Below, piece by piece: positions 23,729 through 36,000 of a stretch of DNA of 50,893 nt. A program made the translations under genes and the position numbers. Below the pieces are notes generated by a model. The model was not told the origin of the DNA. It saw nothing but the letters and a program-made list of their open reading frames with translations, and searched no databases. How positions within the stretch are numbered: the first letter of the stretch is position 1; each line of letters begins with the position of its first letter. Source of the DNA: Myxococcota bacterium. GTDB lineage: Bacteria > Myxococcota_A > Polyangia > Polyangiales > Sandaracinaceae. Where the stretch lies: the NCBI GenBank assembly GCA_036149055.1, contig JAYZQJ010000190.1:1-50893 (forward strand), written 5' to 3'.

Positions 23729-24405
23729 CCATCGTCGCCATCGACGGGCCGGCCGGGGCCGGCAAGAGCAGCGCCGCCCGCATGCTCGCGGAGCGGCTCG
23801 GCTACACCCTCATCGACACCGGCGCCCTCTATCGGGCGGTCGCCCTCGCCGCCAAGGAGCGCGGGGTGAGCTGGGACGACGGCGAGGCGCTCGGGCAGCT
23901 GGCCGCGGGCCTCGAGCTCCGCTTCGGCCCGGTCACCGACGGGCGGCCCCGGCTCCTGCTCGACGGGCAGGACCGCAGCGACGACATCCGGGCGCCGGAC
24001 ATCTCCCAGGGCGCGAGCCAGGTCTCGGCCCACCCGCCGGTCCGCGAGGCCCTGCTCGAGGTGCAGCGCCGCATGGGCCGCCAGGGCGACGTCGTCCTGG
24101 AGGGCCGGGACATCGGCACCGTCGTCTTCCCGAGCGCCGACGTGAAGGTCTTCCTCACCGCGTCGGTGGAGGCGAGGGCGCGCCGACGCTTCGACGAGCT
24201 GAAGCGGCGGGGCGGCGAGGCGGACCTCGACGAGGTGCGGCGCGAGATGGAGACCCGCGACCAGCGCGACTCGACCCGGGCGGTGGCCCCGCTCAAGCCC
24301 GCCGAGGACGCGGTCCGGCTCGACACCTCGGGCCTCGACCTCGACGGCGTCGTGTCCGCGCTCGAGGACATCGTGCGGCGCGCGCTCGCCCCGACCTCGC
24401 GTTGA
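23725..24405 (+). CDS. cmk: Cytidylate kinase
   Basis: GTG start overlapping the aroA stop; AIDGPAGAGKSS, DTGALYRAV, EGRDIGTVVFP and RDQRDSTR. Confidence 0.96.
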   Translation: MTIVAIDGPAGAGKSSAARMLAERLGYTLIDTGALYRAVALAAKERGVSWDDGEALGQLAAGLELRFGPVTDGRPRLLLDGQDRSDDIRAPDISQGASQVSAHPPVREALLEVQRRMGRQGDVVLEGRDIGTVVFPSADVKVFLTASVEARARRRFDELKRRGGEADLDEVRREMETRDQRDSTRAVAPLKPAEDAVRLDTSGLDLDGVVSALEDIVRRALAPTSR

Positions 24406-24430
24406 CACTGCCGAGGCGCGCTGCTACGCC
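24402..24430 (+). promoter_or_regulatory. Sigma70-type promoter of rpsA overlapping the cmk stop codon
   Basis: Perfect TTGACA (24402-24407), 17-nt spacer ending in TGc (extended -10), then TACGCC. Confidence 0.6.
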
Positions 24431-24641
24431 TTCGCCCCCCGAGGTCTCCGCCCCGAGCGGTCACCGCGGGTTTCTTCTTTCTTAGCCATTTCAGCCCCAG
24501 CCGCAGGTGCCCGTCGACGTGTCGGCGGCCCGGTCTCCTCGCGACGCTGCGCGATTCGAACGCGAGAGCCACGCGGCTGGACGAACACTCGAGAACCCCA
24601 ACCCCCCTCTCGCCGAATCGGAGAGGAAACACAGTATTCTC

Positions 24642-26438
<1,797 letters not shown>

Positions 26439-26471
26439 TCCTCCCGGGCTGACCCCAGCCCACCCCTGAAA

Positions 26472-26511
26472 CGAGGCCGGCTCCCTTCTGGGAGTCGGCC
26501 TCGCTTCGTTT
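26472..26511 (+). terminator. Intrinsic terminator after rpsA
   Basis: Stem CGAGGCCGGCTCCC-ttct-GGGAGTCGGCCTCG (one G-U pair) followed by CTTCGTTT. Confidence 0.7.
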
Positions 26512-26571
26512 CGGGCTCGGCGTCCCGGCAGTTTCTGGGCCCGCCGCGCGCTCTTCCGGTAGACGGGGAGG

Positions 26572-27927
26572 GTGTCGCAAGGCGAGCGGACGACGAAGCT
26601 GCCATCGCTCGGGCCGCCAGGCTCGCGCCGGCGCCGACTGGTGTTCTTCGCGGTCACGGGGGCGCTGCTGGTCGGCGCGCTCCTCCTCTTCCGCGAGGTG
26701 CTGGCGCCGTTCGCGCTCGCGCTCGTGGTGGCCTACGTCTTCGCGCCGCTGGTCGAGGTCCTGCAGCGGCTCGAGGTCGCCGGGCGCCGCATGCCGCGCT
26801 GGGTGGCGGTGGTGCTCCTCTACGTCTCGCTCCTCGGTGGGCTGTCGGCCGGCGTCGCCTTCGCGGTCCCGCGGCTCGTGGTGGAGGTGCAGCGGCTCGG
26901 ACGCGAGGCGCCGCGCGCGCTCCACACCTTCCGAGACGAGTGGCTGCCGCGCCTCGAGGACGAGCTCCGGAGCGCCACCGCGCTCTACGCGCCCGAGCAG
27001 GTCGAGCCGGTGCCCGACGCGCCGACCGAGCCGCGGCCGGCCGCCGAAGCCGAGGTCGACGCCATCCGCGTCGTGCCGCACGTCGAGGGCGGATACGAGG
27101 TGCACCTGCCCGCGCACGGGATCGAGATCGAGCCCGCCGGGGACGACGGCTACCGGATCAGCGCCGCGGAGTCTCGCGTGCGGCACGAGCGGCGCGATCT
27201 CGTGGCGGTGATGTCGCAGTCGATCCGCTCGTTCTTCACCGACACCGAGGCCTACGCGGGCACCGCGATCCGCAGCATCCAGACCTTCGTCGCCAAGCTG
27301 ATCGGCGGGATCTTCAGCTTCTTCATCATGCTCATGCTCAGCGCCTACATGCTGATCACGAGCGATCAGATCCTGGGCTTCTTCCGGGCGCTCGCCCGCC
27401 CGAGCAAGCGCGACCGCTTCGACGACCTGGTCGCTCGCATCGACAAGGGGCTCGCCGGCGTCGTGCGCGGCCAGCTCCTGATCGCGCTGGTGAACGGGGT
27501 GCTCAGCGGGATCGGCTTCTGGATGGCCGACCTCCGCTACTGGCCGATCCTGACGCTCATCGCGACGGTGCTCAGCATCATCCCGATCTTCGGCGCGATC
27601 ATCAGCTCGATCCCCGCCGTCATCGTCGGCCTGCAGGACGGGCTCGGCACCGCGCTCTTCGTGCTGGCGTGGATCATCGGCATCCACCAACTCGAGGCCA
27701 ACCTGCTCAACCCGAAGATCATGGGCGACGCGGCGAAGGTGCACCCGGTGCTGGTCGTCTTCGCGCTCCTCGCCGGCGAGCACCTCTTCGGCATCCTCGG
27801 CGCGCTGCTGGCGGTGCCGATCCTGAGCATCACCCAGAGCGTGTTCCTCCACTTCCGGGAGGTCGCGCTGGGCGTGCCCAGGGATCGAGAGCTGTCGGAG
27901 GAGTGGGCGCAGGCCGAGATCGAGTGA
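26572..27927 (+). CDS. AI-2E (PerM) family transporter
   Basis: LAPFALALVVAYVFAPLV, VRGQLLI, SIIPIFGAII and QLEANLLNPKIMG..VHP..GEHLFGILGALLAVP. Confidence 0.92.
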   Translation: MSQGERTTKLPSLGPPGSRRRRLVFFAVTGALLVGALLLFREVLAPFALALVVAYVFAPLVEVLQRLEVAGRRMPRWVAVVLLYVSLLGGLSAGVAFAVPRLVVEVQRLGREAPRALHTFRDEWLPRLEDELRSATALYAPEQVEPVPDAPTEPRPAAEAEVDAIRVVPHVEGGYEVHLPAHGIEIEPAGDDGYRISAAESRVRHERRDLVAVMSQSIRSFFTDTEAYAGTAIRSIQTFVAKLIGGIFSFFIMLMLSAYMLITSDQILGFFRALARPSKRDRFDDLVARIDKGLAGVVRGQLLIALVNGVLSGIGFWMADLRYWPILTLIATVLSIIPIFGAIISSIPAVIVGLQDGLGTALFVLAWIIGIHQLEANLLNPKIMGDAAKVHPVLVVFALLAGEHLFGILGALLAVPILSITQSVFLHFREVALGVPRDRELSEEWAQAEIE

Positions 27928-29343
27928 TCACTCCACGATGTGGAACTCGACGCGGCGGTTCGCCTGCCGCCCGGCGCGGGTCGCGTTGTCCTCGAGCGGG
28001 CGCGACGGCCCGACGCCCTCCGCGGTGAGCCGCTCGGCGGCGATGCCGTGCTCGATCAGCCACTGCCGGACGCTCTCGGCGCGGGCCCGGCTGAGGTCGC
28101 GGTTGTAGTCCTCGCTCCCGCGATCGTCGGTGTGGCCTTCGATGCGGAGGCTGCGGATCTGCGGGTTGGCCTGGAGCGTCGCCGCGACCTCCTCGAGGAT
28201 CGGGTAGGAGCGGCGCCGGATGGTGGAGTGCTCGGTGTCGAACTCGATCCGCTGGAGGATGCGGATCTGTCCAGCCTCGACGCGCACCGCGACCGGGCAA
28301 CCGCCGTTGTCGGCCTGGCCGGGCGCGGTCGGGCAGTCGTCCTCGCCGTCGGGCACGCCGTCGCCGTCGTTGTCCGGGTCGGGGCAGCCGTCGTCGTCGG
28401 CGAAGCCGTCGCGGTCCTCGGGTTCGTCGAGGCAGCGGTCGCTCACGTCGGGCACGCCGTCCTCGTCGCCGTCGCGATCGCCGTCGGGGCAGCCGTCCTC
28501 GTCGTCCTGCCCGTTGACGTCCTCGGCCACGTCCGGGCACGCGTCGTCGCCGTCCGCGATCCCGTCGCCGTCGTTGTCCGGGTCGGGGCAGCCGTCTTCG
28601 TCCTGGAAGCCGTCGCCGTCCTCGGCCTCGCGCGGGCAGCTGTCGCTGGCGTCCGGGACACCGTCGCCGTCGTCGTCGGGATCGGGGCAGCCGTCGTCGT
28701 CCTCGAAGCCGTCGCGGTCCTCGGGCTCCCGGGGGCAGGCGTCTTCGCCGTCGTCGAGGCCGTCGCCGTCGGTGTCGGTCGGGGCCGCCTCTTCGCCGCC
28801 GAGCACGAGCGCGCCGCTGACCCCGAGGATGAGGAAGCGGCCGTCACCTTCCCCGAGCGCGAGCTCGTCGGGCGAGGTCTGGAAGGCCTGCGCGTAGCGG
28901 ACGAACGGGCCGAGCCGCACCAGGTCGCCCAGCTGGAACTCGAAGCCGACGTCGACCTCGAGCCCGGGGCGGACCACGTCGCCGGTGAAGACCACCGCGC
29001 CCCGGCCGGTCACGTACAGGTCGCCGACCTCGAGGTCGGGCAGCGGGTGGATCCGCAGGCCGAGCCCGAGCGCGTGGTACGCGCCGAAGCCGGACGGCGT
29101 CGCGGTGGTCGTGGGGAAGAAGTAGGACCCGTGGTGCAGCTCGGCGCCGAGCCAGGGCAGGAAGCGCAGCTCGTAGCCGAGCCCGCCGCCGCCGCCGGTG
29201 TCGAAGCGCTCGGCGACCGGATCACCGAGGGGCACGCCGAGCCCGGCCTCGAGGCGGAGGCCGTGCTCGATCGACTGCGCGGCTCCGGTCGAGGGCCACG
29301 CGAGGAGGAGGAGCGCGAGCGACGGGACGAGATGGCGACGCAT
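27928..29343 (-). CDS. OmpA-family outer-membrane protein with thrombospondin type-3 (Ca-binding) repeats
   Basis: Signal peptide MRRHLVPSLALLLLAW; beta-barrel-like segment; DxDGDG..D.CP..PEDxDGFxDxDGCPD repeats; IEGHTDDRG..LSRARAESV..NRRVEF. Confidence 0.92.
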   Translation of the reverse strand: MRRHLVPSLALLLLAWPSTGAAQSIEHGLRLEAGLGVPLGDPVAERFDTGGGGGLGYELRFLPWLGAELHHGSYFFPTTTATPSGFGAYHALGLGLRIHPLPDLEVGDLYVTGRGAVVFTGDVVRPGLEVDVGFEFQLGDLVRLGPFVRYAQAFQTSPDELALGEGDGRFLILGVSGALVLGGEEAAPTDTDGDGLDDGEDACPREPEDRDGFEDDDGCPDPDDDGDGVPDASDSCPREAEDGDGFQDEDGCPDPDNDGDGIADGDDACPDVAEDVNGQDDEDGCPDGDRDGDEDGVPDVSDRCLDEPEDRDGFADDDGCPDPDNDGDGVPDGEDDCPTAPGQADNGGCPVAVRVEAGQIRILQRIEFDTEHSTIRRRSYPILEEVAATLQANPQIRSLRIEGHTDDRGSEDYNRDLSRARAESVRQWLIEHGIAAERLTAEGVGPSRPLEDNATRAGRQANRRVEFHIVE

Positions 29344-29356
29344 GGGTTCTCGGACC

Positions 29357-32300
29357 TCAGGGGGCGTAGGGAGGGGAGGTGGTCCCGGAGACGCTCGCGC
29401 CGACGAGGCGGATCCGGCCCGCGCCGCCACCGCCGCCGTTGTAGACGCCCGGGCTGCACGTGCAGGTGCCGCCGCCGGCGCCGTCGGCGCTCATGACGCC
29501 GCCGCCCGCCGCGATGGCCCCGGAGGCCTGGACGAAGATCGCGCCGCCCGCGCCGCCGCCGCCGCCGCCCATGCCGCAGCCGGCGCCGACGCCGCCGGAC
29601 GACTGGATGCCAGCGCCGCCGGGGGCTCCGGCGTTGCGCACCTGCCCGGCGCCCACGGTGAAGCTGCCGGCCGTGACGTAGACGATCCCGCCGCCGTCAC
29701 CGCCGCGGCCGGGCCGGAACCCGTCCTCGTCCGCGCCACCGCTGCCGCCGCCGCCGCCGAAGAAGAGGGCCATGAGGGCCGGGTCTCCGGCGGCGCCGCC
29801 ACCGAACGAGGTGGGCGAGCCCGCGCAGCACGCGCCGCAGCTCGGGGCGACGCCGTTGCCGCCGGCTCCCGCGTAGCCGCCGCCGGCGCCGGCCCCGCAG
29901 TCCTGACCCTGGCGCCCGCCGCCTCCGCCGCTTCCGTTCGCGCCCTGGCTCGCGGCGCCCGTGCCGCTGGGGGACTCACCCTGCAGCCCGACGCTGCACG
30001 TGTAGCGGCCCGGGGCGGGGTCCCCGCCTCGGAAGCCGTTGCCGCTCATGTCCACGACACCGTCCACCGTCACGTCGCCGGTCGCGTCGAAGGCGAGGAT
30101 GCCGCCGACGCTCCCGTCCCAGGCGGGGGCGGTCAGGGTGCCGCCCGGGGCCACGGCGACGTCGGTGTGCTCGGGCATCGCCACCATCTGGGCGCGCGCC
30201 GCGCCCGCCGAGGTGTAGACGTTCGTCAGCGCCGCCTCGAAGGTCACCGTCGAGCCGGCGATCGAGGCCACGCGCGCGGTCTCCCACGCACCGACGACCC
30301 CGCCCATCGTCTGGTGGAGGAAGACGAGGTCCCCGGCCGCGAAGCCGGTGGCGTCGGTGACGGTGGCCGTCGTCGGGCTCGTCGTGGTCAGGTTCGTGGC
30401 CACGTCGTTGATGACGACGGTGCCCGTCACGTCGAGCCGGCCGTCGCTCCCGCCGGGCACGCACACGCCCATGGCGCAGCTGCCCGCGCAGACGACCCCG
30501 CAGCCGCCGCAGTTCGAGCCGTCGGTCCCGAAGTCCGCCTCGCAGCCGTCGCCGGCCATCCCGTTGCAGTCGCCGTAGCCCGGGTCGCAGGCGAGCTCGC
30601 AGCTCCCGGCCGCGCAGGCCGGGCTCGCGTTCGGCGCCGGGGGACAGACGTTGCCGCACGCGCCGCAGGCCGCAGGGTCGCTGCCGAGGTCCACCTCGCA
30701 GCCGTCGCCGGCCATCCCGTTGCAGTCGTCGTAGCCCATGTCGCAGACGAAGCCGCAGGACCCGGTCGCGCAGACGGCCGACGCGTTCGGGGCGCCGCCG
30801 CAGCGCGCGCCGCAGGCGCCGCAGTTGTCCACGTCGGTCCCGACCGCCGCCTCGCAGCCGTCGGTCGCGTCCACGTTGCAGTCGGCGAAGCCCGAGTCGC
30901 ACACGTAGCCGCAGGCGCTGGACACGCAGACCGGGCTCGAGCTCGCCGGGGTCGGGCAGGTCACGCCGCACCCGCCGCAGCTCGACGGGTCGACGCGGGT
31001 GTCGGTGCAGGTGCCGGCGCAGTCCGTGAGCGGCGCGCCGCAGCTCGTCGTGCAGCTGCCCATCGCGCAGACCTCGCCCATGCCGCAGGTCGCGCCCGCG
31101 TTCGGTCCCGTGCAGTCGGCCGTCGCGCCGCAATAGGCGCGGTCGGTGGCCGGATCCACGCAGGCTCCGCCGCAGGCGATCTGGCCCGCCGGGCAGCGCA
31201 GCGCGCAGCTCCCCGCGGCGCAGACCTCGCCCGCCGCGCAGGTGTCGCCGGCGTTGGCCCCGGCGCAGTCGCCCGCGGCGCCGCAGTAGACGGGGTCGCT
31301 GTTCGGGTCGACGCAGCGCCCGCCGCAGACGACCTGGCCCATCGGGCAGCGGAGCTCGCAGGTGCCTCCGGCGCAGGCGAAGCCCGACGCGCAGGTGTCT
31401 CCGGCGTTGGCCCCCGCGCAGTCGGCGGACGCGCCGCAGTAGACCGGGTCGGTGCCCGGGTCGACGCAGCGCCCGCCGCAGTCGACCTGTCCGCTCGGGC
31501 AGCTCGTCGCGCAGACGCCCGCCGCGCAGACCTGACCCGCGACGCAGGTGGCCCCCGCGTCGGGGCCGGCGCAGGTGCCGGACGCGCCGCAGTAGACCGG
31601 ATCGGTGGCGGGATCGACGCAGCGGCCCGCGCACGCGACCTGTCCGCTCGGGCAGCTCGTCGCGCAGACGCCCGCGCTGCAGACCTCGCCGGCGCCGCAC
31701 ATCTCACCCGCGTCGGGGCCGGCGCAGGCGCCGGACGCGCCGCAGAAGATCGGGTCGGTCGACGGGTCGACGCAGCGCCCGCCGCAGTCCACCTGTCCGC
31801 TCGGGCAGCTCGTGGTGCAGGCGCCGGCGCTGCAGACCTCGCCGGGGTCGCAGGTCTCGCCGGCGTCGGGGCCGGCGCAGGCGCCGGACGCGCCGCAGAA
31901 GATCGGGTCGGTCGACGGGTCGACGCAGCGCCCGCCGCAGTCCACCTGTCCGGTCGGGCAGCTGGTGGCGCAGGCGCCGGCCACGCAGACCTCACCGGCG
32001 CCGCACACCGCGCCGGCGTCGGGGCCGGCGCAGGAGCCGGACGCGCCGCAGAAGGCGCGGTCGGTCGAGGGATCCACGCAGGCGCCGCCGCACTCGATCT
32101 GACCCGAGGGGCAGCTCACCGCGCAGACGCCGGCCGCGCACACCTCGCCGGCGGCGCAGGTCGCGCCCGCGTCGGCTCCGGTGCAGTCCCCGGAGGCGCC
32201 GCAGAACGCCCGGTCGGTCAGCGGGTCGGCGCAGCGGCCGCCGCACTCGACCTGGCCGGCGGGGCAGCTGGTCGCGCAGACGCCGCCGGTGCAGACCTCG

Positions 32301-32923
32301 CCGGCGGCGCAGGTCACGCCCGCGTCGGCCCCGGCGCAGTCGGCGGAGGCGCCGCAGAAGACCCGGTCGCTGCTCGGGTCCACGCACGCCCCGTCGCAGA
32401 CGATCTGGGTGCCCGGGCAGGAGACGTCGCAGACGCCGTCGGCGCAGACCTCGCCGTCGCCACAGGTCACATCGCAGCCTCCGCAGTGGGCTCGATCTCG
32501 GTCGGTGTCCACGCAGCCGTCGCCGCAGAGGGTCGGGGTGTCGCCCCCGCAGGTGAGCCCGCAGCTGCCGCCGCTGCAGACCTCACCGTCGGCGCAGGCG
32601 ATCCCGCAGCCGCCGCAGTGGGCGCGGTCCCGGTCGGTGTCGAAGCAGCCGCCGTCGCAGGCCTCCTGGCCGGCGGGGCAGCGGGTGGCGCAGGCGCCGG
32701 CGCTGCAGACCTCGCCCGCGGCGCAGGCGGTGTCGCAGTCACCGCACCGGTCGGGGTCGCTCGAGACGTCGACGCACTCGCCGCCGCAGAGCAGCTCCTC
32801 CCCCGCGCACGTCGGTCGCGCGTCGGGCGACGCGTCGGCCGGGCTCCCGACCACCTCCTCTCCGCAGCCCGCCAGGACCACGGACATCACCAACAGAGCG
32901 ACCCACCTAGAGCGTTGCACCAC
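29357..32923 (-). CDS. Cys-rich repeat surface lipoprotein with C-terminal Gly-rich domain (paralog A)
   Basis: GGAGG SD; lipobox VLAGC; about 9 units of a 51-aa, 8-Cys repeat plus shorter CGGC units; C-terminal GFAAGDLVFLHQ..AWDGSVGGILAF..GFRGG followed by a Gly-rich region. Confidence 0.88.
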   Translation of the reverse strand: MVQRSRWVALLVMSVVLAGCGEEVVGSPADASPDARPTCAGEELLCGGECVDVSSDPDRCGDCDTACAAGEVCSAGACATRCPAGQEACDGGCFDTDRDRAHCGGCGIACADGEVCSGGSCGLTCGGDTPTLCGDGCVDTDRDRAHCGGCDVTCGDGEVCADGVCDVSCPGTQIVCDGACVDPSSDRVFCGASADCAGADAGVTCAAGEVCTGGVCATSCPAGQVECGGRCADPLTDRAFCGASGDCTGADAGATCAAGEVCAAGVCAVSCPSGQIECGGACVDPSTDRAFCGASGSCAGPDAGAVCGAGEVCVAGACATSCPTGQVDCGGRCVDPSTDPIFCGASGACAGPDAGETCDPGEVCSAGACTTSCPSGQVDCGGRCVDPSTDPIFCGASGACAGPDAGEMCGAGEVCSAGVCATSCPSGQVACAGRCVDPATDPVYCGASGTCAGPDAGATCVAGQVCAAGVCATSCPSGQVDCGGRCVDPGTDPVYCGASADCAGANAGDTCASGFACAGGTCELRCPMGQVVCGGRCVDPNSDPVYCGAAGDCAGANAGDTCAAGEVCAAGSCALRCPAGQIACGGACVDPATDRAYCGATADCTGPNAGATCGMGEVCAMGSCTTSCGAPLTDCAGTCTDTRVDPSSCGGCGVTCPTPASSSPVCVSSACGYVCDSGFADCNVDATDGCEAAVGTDVDNCGACGARCGGAPNASAVCATGSCGFVCDMGYDDCNGMAGDGCEVDLGSDPAACGACGNVCPPAPNASPACAAGSCELACDPGYGDCNGMAGDGCEADFGTDGSNCGGCGVVCAGSCAMGVCVPGGSDGRLDVTGTVVINDVATNLTTTSPTTATVTDATGFAAGDLVFLHQTMGGVVGAWETARVASIAGSTVTFEAALTNVYTSAGAARAQMVAMPEHTDVAVAPGGTLTAPAWDGSVGGILAFDATGDVTVDGVVDMSGNGFRGGDPAPGRYTCSVGLQGESPSGTGAASQGANGSGGGGGRQGQDCGAGAGGGYAGAGGNGVAPSCGACCAGSPTSFGGGAAGDPALMALFFGGGGGSGGADEDGFRPGRGGDGGGIVYVTAGSFTVGAGQVRNAGAPGGAGIQSSGGVGAGCGMGGGGGGAGGAIFVQASGAIAAGGGVMSADGAGGGTCTCSPGVYNGGGGGAGRIRLVGASVSGTTSPPYAP

Positions 32924-33090
32924 TCGGACCTCCAGATGGCGAGGCTGCCCCGAGGCGCGTCCACTGTCTACGGAAAAGATTGGTGAGCGCGGATTCTGCG
33001 GGCGGGGCCGTCGTTTCCTGGTGAAGCGGACTTTTCCTTTGACGCGGGATTCGCGATCGGTGACACCTGCAGGCTCTACTGGGAGGCGAT

Positions 33091-36000
33091 GTGGACATGA
33101 GACGGTTGGGTGGGCGAAGTGGGCGCGCGGCGGCCTGGGGGGTGCTGGCCGCGCTGACGCTGCTGGCCACGGGCTGCGGCGTGAGCTCGATGGACGACGA
33201 CGCGGGGGGCGACGGCAGCCTCGCCTGCGGCGCCGCCGAGCGGCTCTGCGACGGAGCGTGCGTCGACGTCTCCTCCGATCCGTCCCACTGCGGGAGCTGC
33301 GGCGCCGCCTGCGGCGCGGACGAGGTGTGCGCGGGCGGCGCCTGCGCGACGAGCTGTCCCCCGGGCCAGACCCCCTGCGATGGCGGGTGCTTCGACCTGG
33401 ACGTCACGCGCGCGCACTGCGGCGGCTGCGGGGTCGCCTGCGCCGACGGAGAGCTCTGCAGCGGCGGGGCGTGCGGCCTGAGCTGCGGAGGCGACACCCC
33501 GAGCCTCTGCGGCGGCGCGTGCGTGGACACCACGCGCGACCGCCTGCACTGCGGCGGCTGCGACGTCGCGTGTGGAGCCGGTGAGCTCTGCGTCGACGGG
33601 GCCTGCGCGACCCGCTGCCCGGCCGGGCAGATCGCGTGCGACGGTCGCTGCGTCGACCCCGAGTCCGACCGGGCCTACTGCGGGGCCGGCGCCGACTGCG
33701 CGGGCGGCGTGGAGTGTGGCGCGGGCGAGGTCTGCGTGACCGGCGCCTGCGCGACCAGCTGCCCGTCCGGTCAGGTGGACTGCGGCGGCCGCTGCGTCGA
33801 CCCCGCGACCGATCGCGCGTTCTGCGGCGCGTCCGGGGACTGCACCGGAGCGGACGCGGGCGCGACCTGCGGCGCCGGCGAGGTGTGCGCGGCCGGCGTC
33901 TGCGCGGTGAGCTGCCCCTCGGGTCAGATCGAGTGCGACGGCGCCTGCGTGGATCCCTCGACCGACCGCGCGTTCTGCGGGGCGTCGGGTGACTGCGCGG
34001 GGGCCAACGCGGGCGCGAGCTGCGGCGCGGGCGAGGTCTGCGTGGCCGGCGGCTGCGCGACGAGCTGCCCGTCCGGTCAGGTGGCCTGCGGCGGGCGCTG
34101 CGTCGACCCGGCCACCGACCCGACCTTCTGCGGCGCGACGGGCGACTGCGCCGGCGCGAACGCCGGCGACACCTGCGTGGCCGGCGAGGTGTGCACCGCG
34201 GGGCTCTGCGCGACGAGCTGCCCCGCGGGACAGGTCGCCTGCGGCGGGCGCTGCGTCGACCCGGCCACCGACCCGACCTACTGCGGCGCCTCGGGCGACT
34301 GCTCGGGGGCCAGCGCCGGGAGCCCCTGCATGTCCGGTGAGGTGTGCGCCGCCGGGACCTGCGCGGTCCGCTGTCCTTCGGGCCAGATCGAGTGCGGGGG
34401 CCGCTGCGTCGACCCCACGCTCGACCCGGTCTACTGCGGGGCGAGCGGCGACTGCGCCGGGCCCGACGCGGGCACGCCGTGCGCCGCCGGGGAGGCCTGC
34501 GCGAGCGGCGTCTGCAGCGTCCGGTGCCCGGCCGGGCAGGTCCAGTGCGGAGGCCGCTGCGTCAGCCCGGAGAGCGATCCGATGTACTGCGGCGCCGCCG
34601 GCGACTGCGTGGGCGTGAACGCGGGCGCGAGCTGCGCGGCGGGCGAGGTGTGCGCGGCCGGCGTCTGCGAGCTGTCCTGTCCCTCGGGGCAGGTCGCCTG
34701 CGGCGGCCGCTGCGTGGACCCCGACACCGACCGCGCCTTCTGCGGCGCGTCGGGCGACTGCGCGGGCCCGAACGCGGGCGTGACCTGCGGCGCGGGCGAG
34801 ATCTGCGGCATGGGCACCTGCACGACGTCGTGCATGGCGCCCTTCGTCGACTGCGGCGGCAGCTGCGTCCGGACCTCCTCCGACCCCGCGCACTGCGGAG
34901 GGTGCGGGGTCGCCTGTCCGACCCCGGCGAGCTCGAGCGCGGCCTGCCTCTCCGGCACGTGCGCCTTCGTGTGCGACTCGGGCTTCGCGGACTGCAACCT
35001 GGCGGCCGCCGACGGCTGCGAGGTGGATCTCGGCTCGGACCCGTCGAACTGCGGCACCTGCGGCAACACCTGCGCGGGCAGCTGCATCATGGGGACCTGC
35101 GACGGGCCGGGCAGCGACGGCGCGCTCCGGGTCACCAGCGGGAGCACGATCGTCAACGACGTCGCCACGAGCGTCGACGGAACGGCGGGGAGCCCCTCGC
35201 TCACCCTGATCGATCCGGCGGGCTTCGGCGCCGGGGACCTGGTGTTCATCCATCAGTCGCAGGGCGCCGGCGCGGGTCGCTGGGAGATCCGCCGGATCGT
35301 CGGCCTCACCGGCGGCGCGGCCACGCTCGACGCGCCCCTCGACGACTCCTACTCGTCGATGGGCATGGATCGCGCGCAGGCCGTGCGCATGCCGGAGCTC
35401 ACCGACGTCACCGTCGAGAGCGGGGGAAGCCTGGTGGCGCCGCCGTGGGACGGCGCGACCGGCGGCATCCTCGCGTTCGACGCGACGGGCACCGTCACCG
35501 TCGAGGCCGGCGGCCAGATCGACATGAGCGCGGCCGGCTTCCGCGGCGTGCCGCGGCAGGCCATCCCGAATCAGACCGGTGACCAGGGCGAGGGCCAGAA
35601 CGGCATCGGCGCGATCGCGCGCGGCGCCAACGGCAGCGGCGGCGGCGGCGGTGAGCGCACCGGCTGCGAGTGCTGCTGGGGCGGCTCCGGCGCCGGCGGC
35701 GGTCACGGGGCGCGCGGCGCCGACGGCAACACCGGCATCGGCGGCGGCGCCTGCCAGCTCGGCGGCGTCGGCGGCGACGCGGTCGGAGACCCGGCCCAGA
35801 CGGTGATCTTCTTCGGCGGCGCGGGCGGGCAGGGCGGCGCCGACGAAGACGGTCACGGCAGCGGCGGCGCGAACGGCGGCGGGGTACTCTACATCTCGGC
35901 CGACGCGCTGACGGTGAACGGCCGGGTCCTCAGCGACGGCCAGCCCGGCGATCCGGAGCTCAACGTCAGCGGCTGCGGATCCGGCGGCGGCGGCGGCGGC

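Noticed and set aside
29198..35856. Long Ala/Arg-rich ORFs opposite the Cys-rich genes (29198..32986 +, 33076..35856 -)
   Set aside because: Shadow frames; the Cys-rich frames have the SD, lipobox and coherent repeats.
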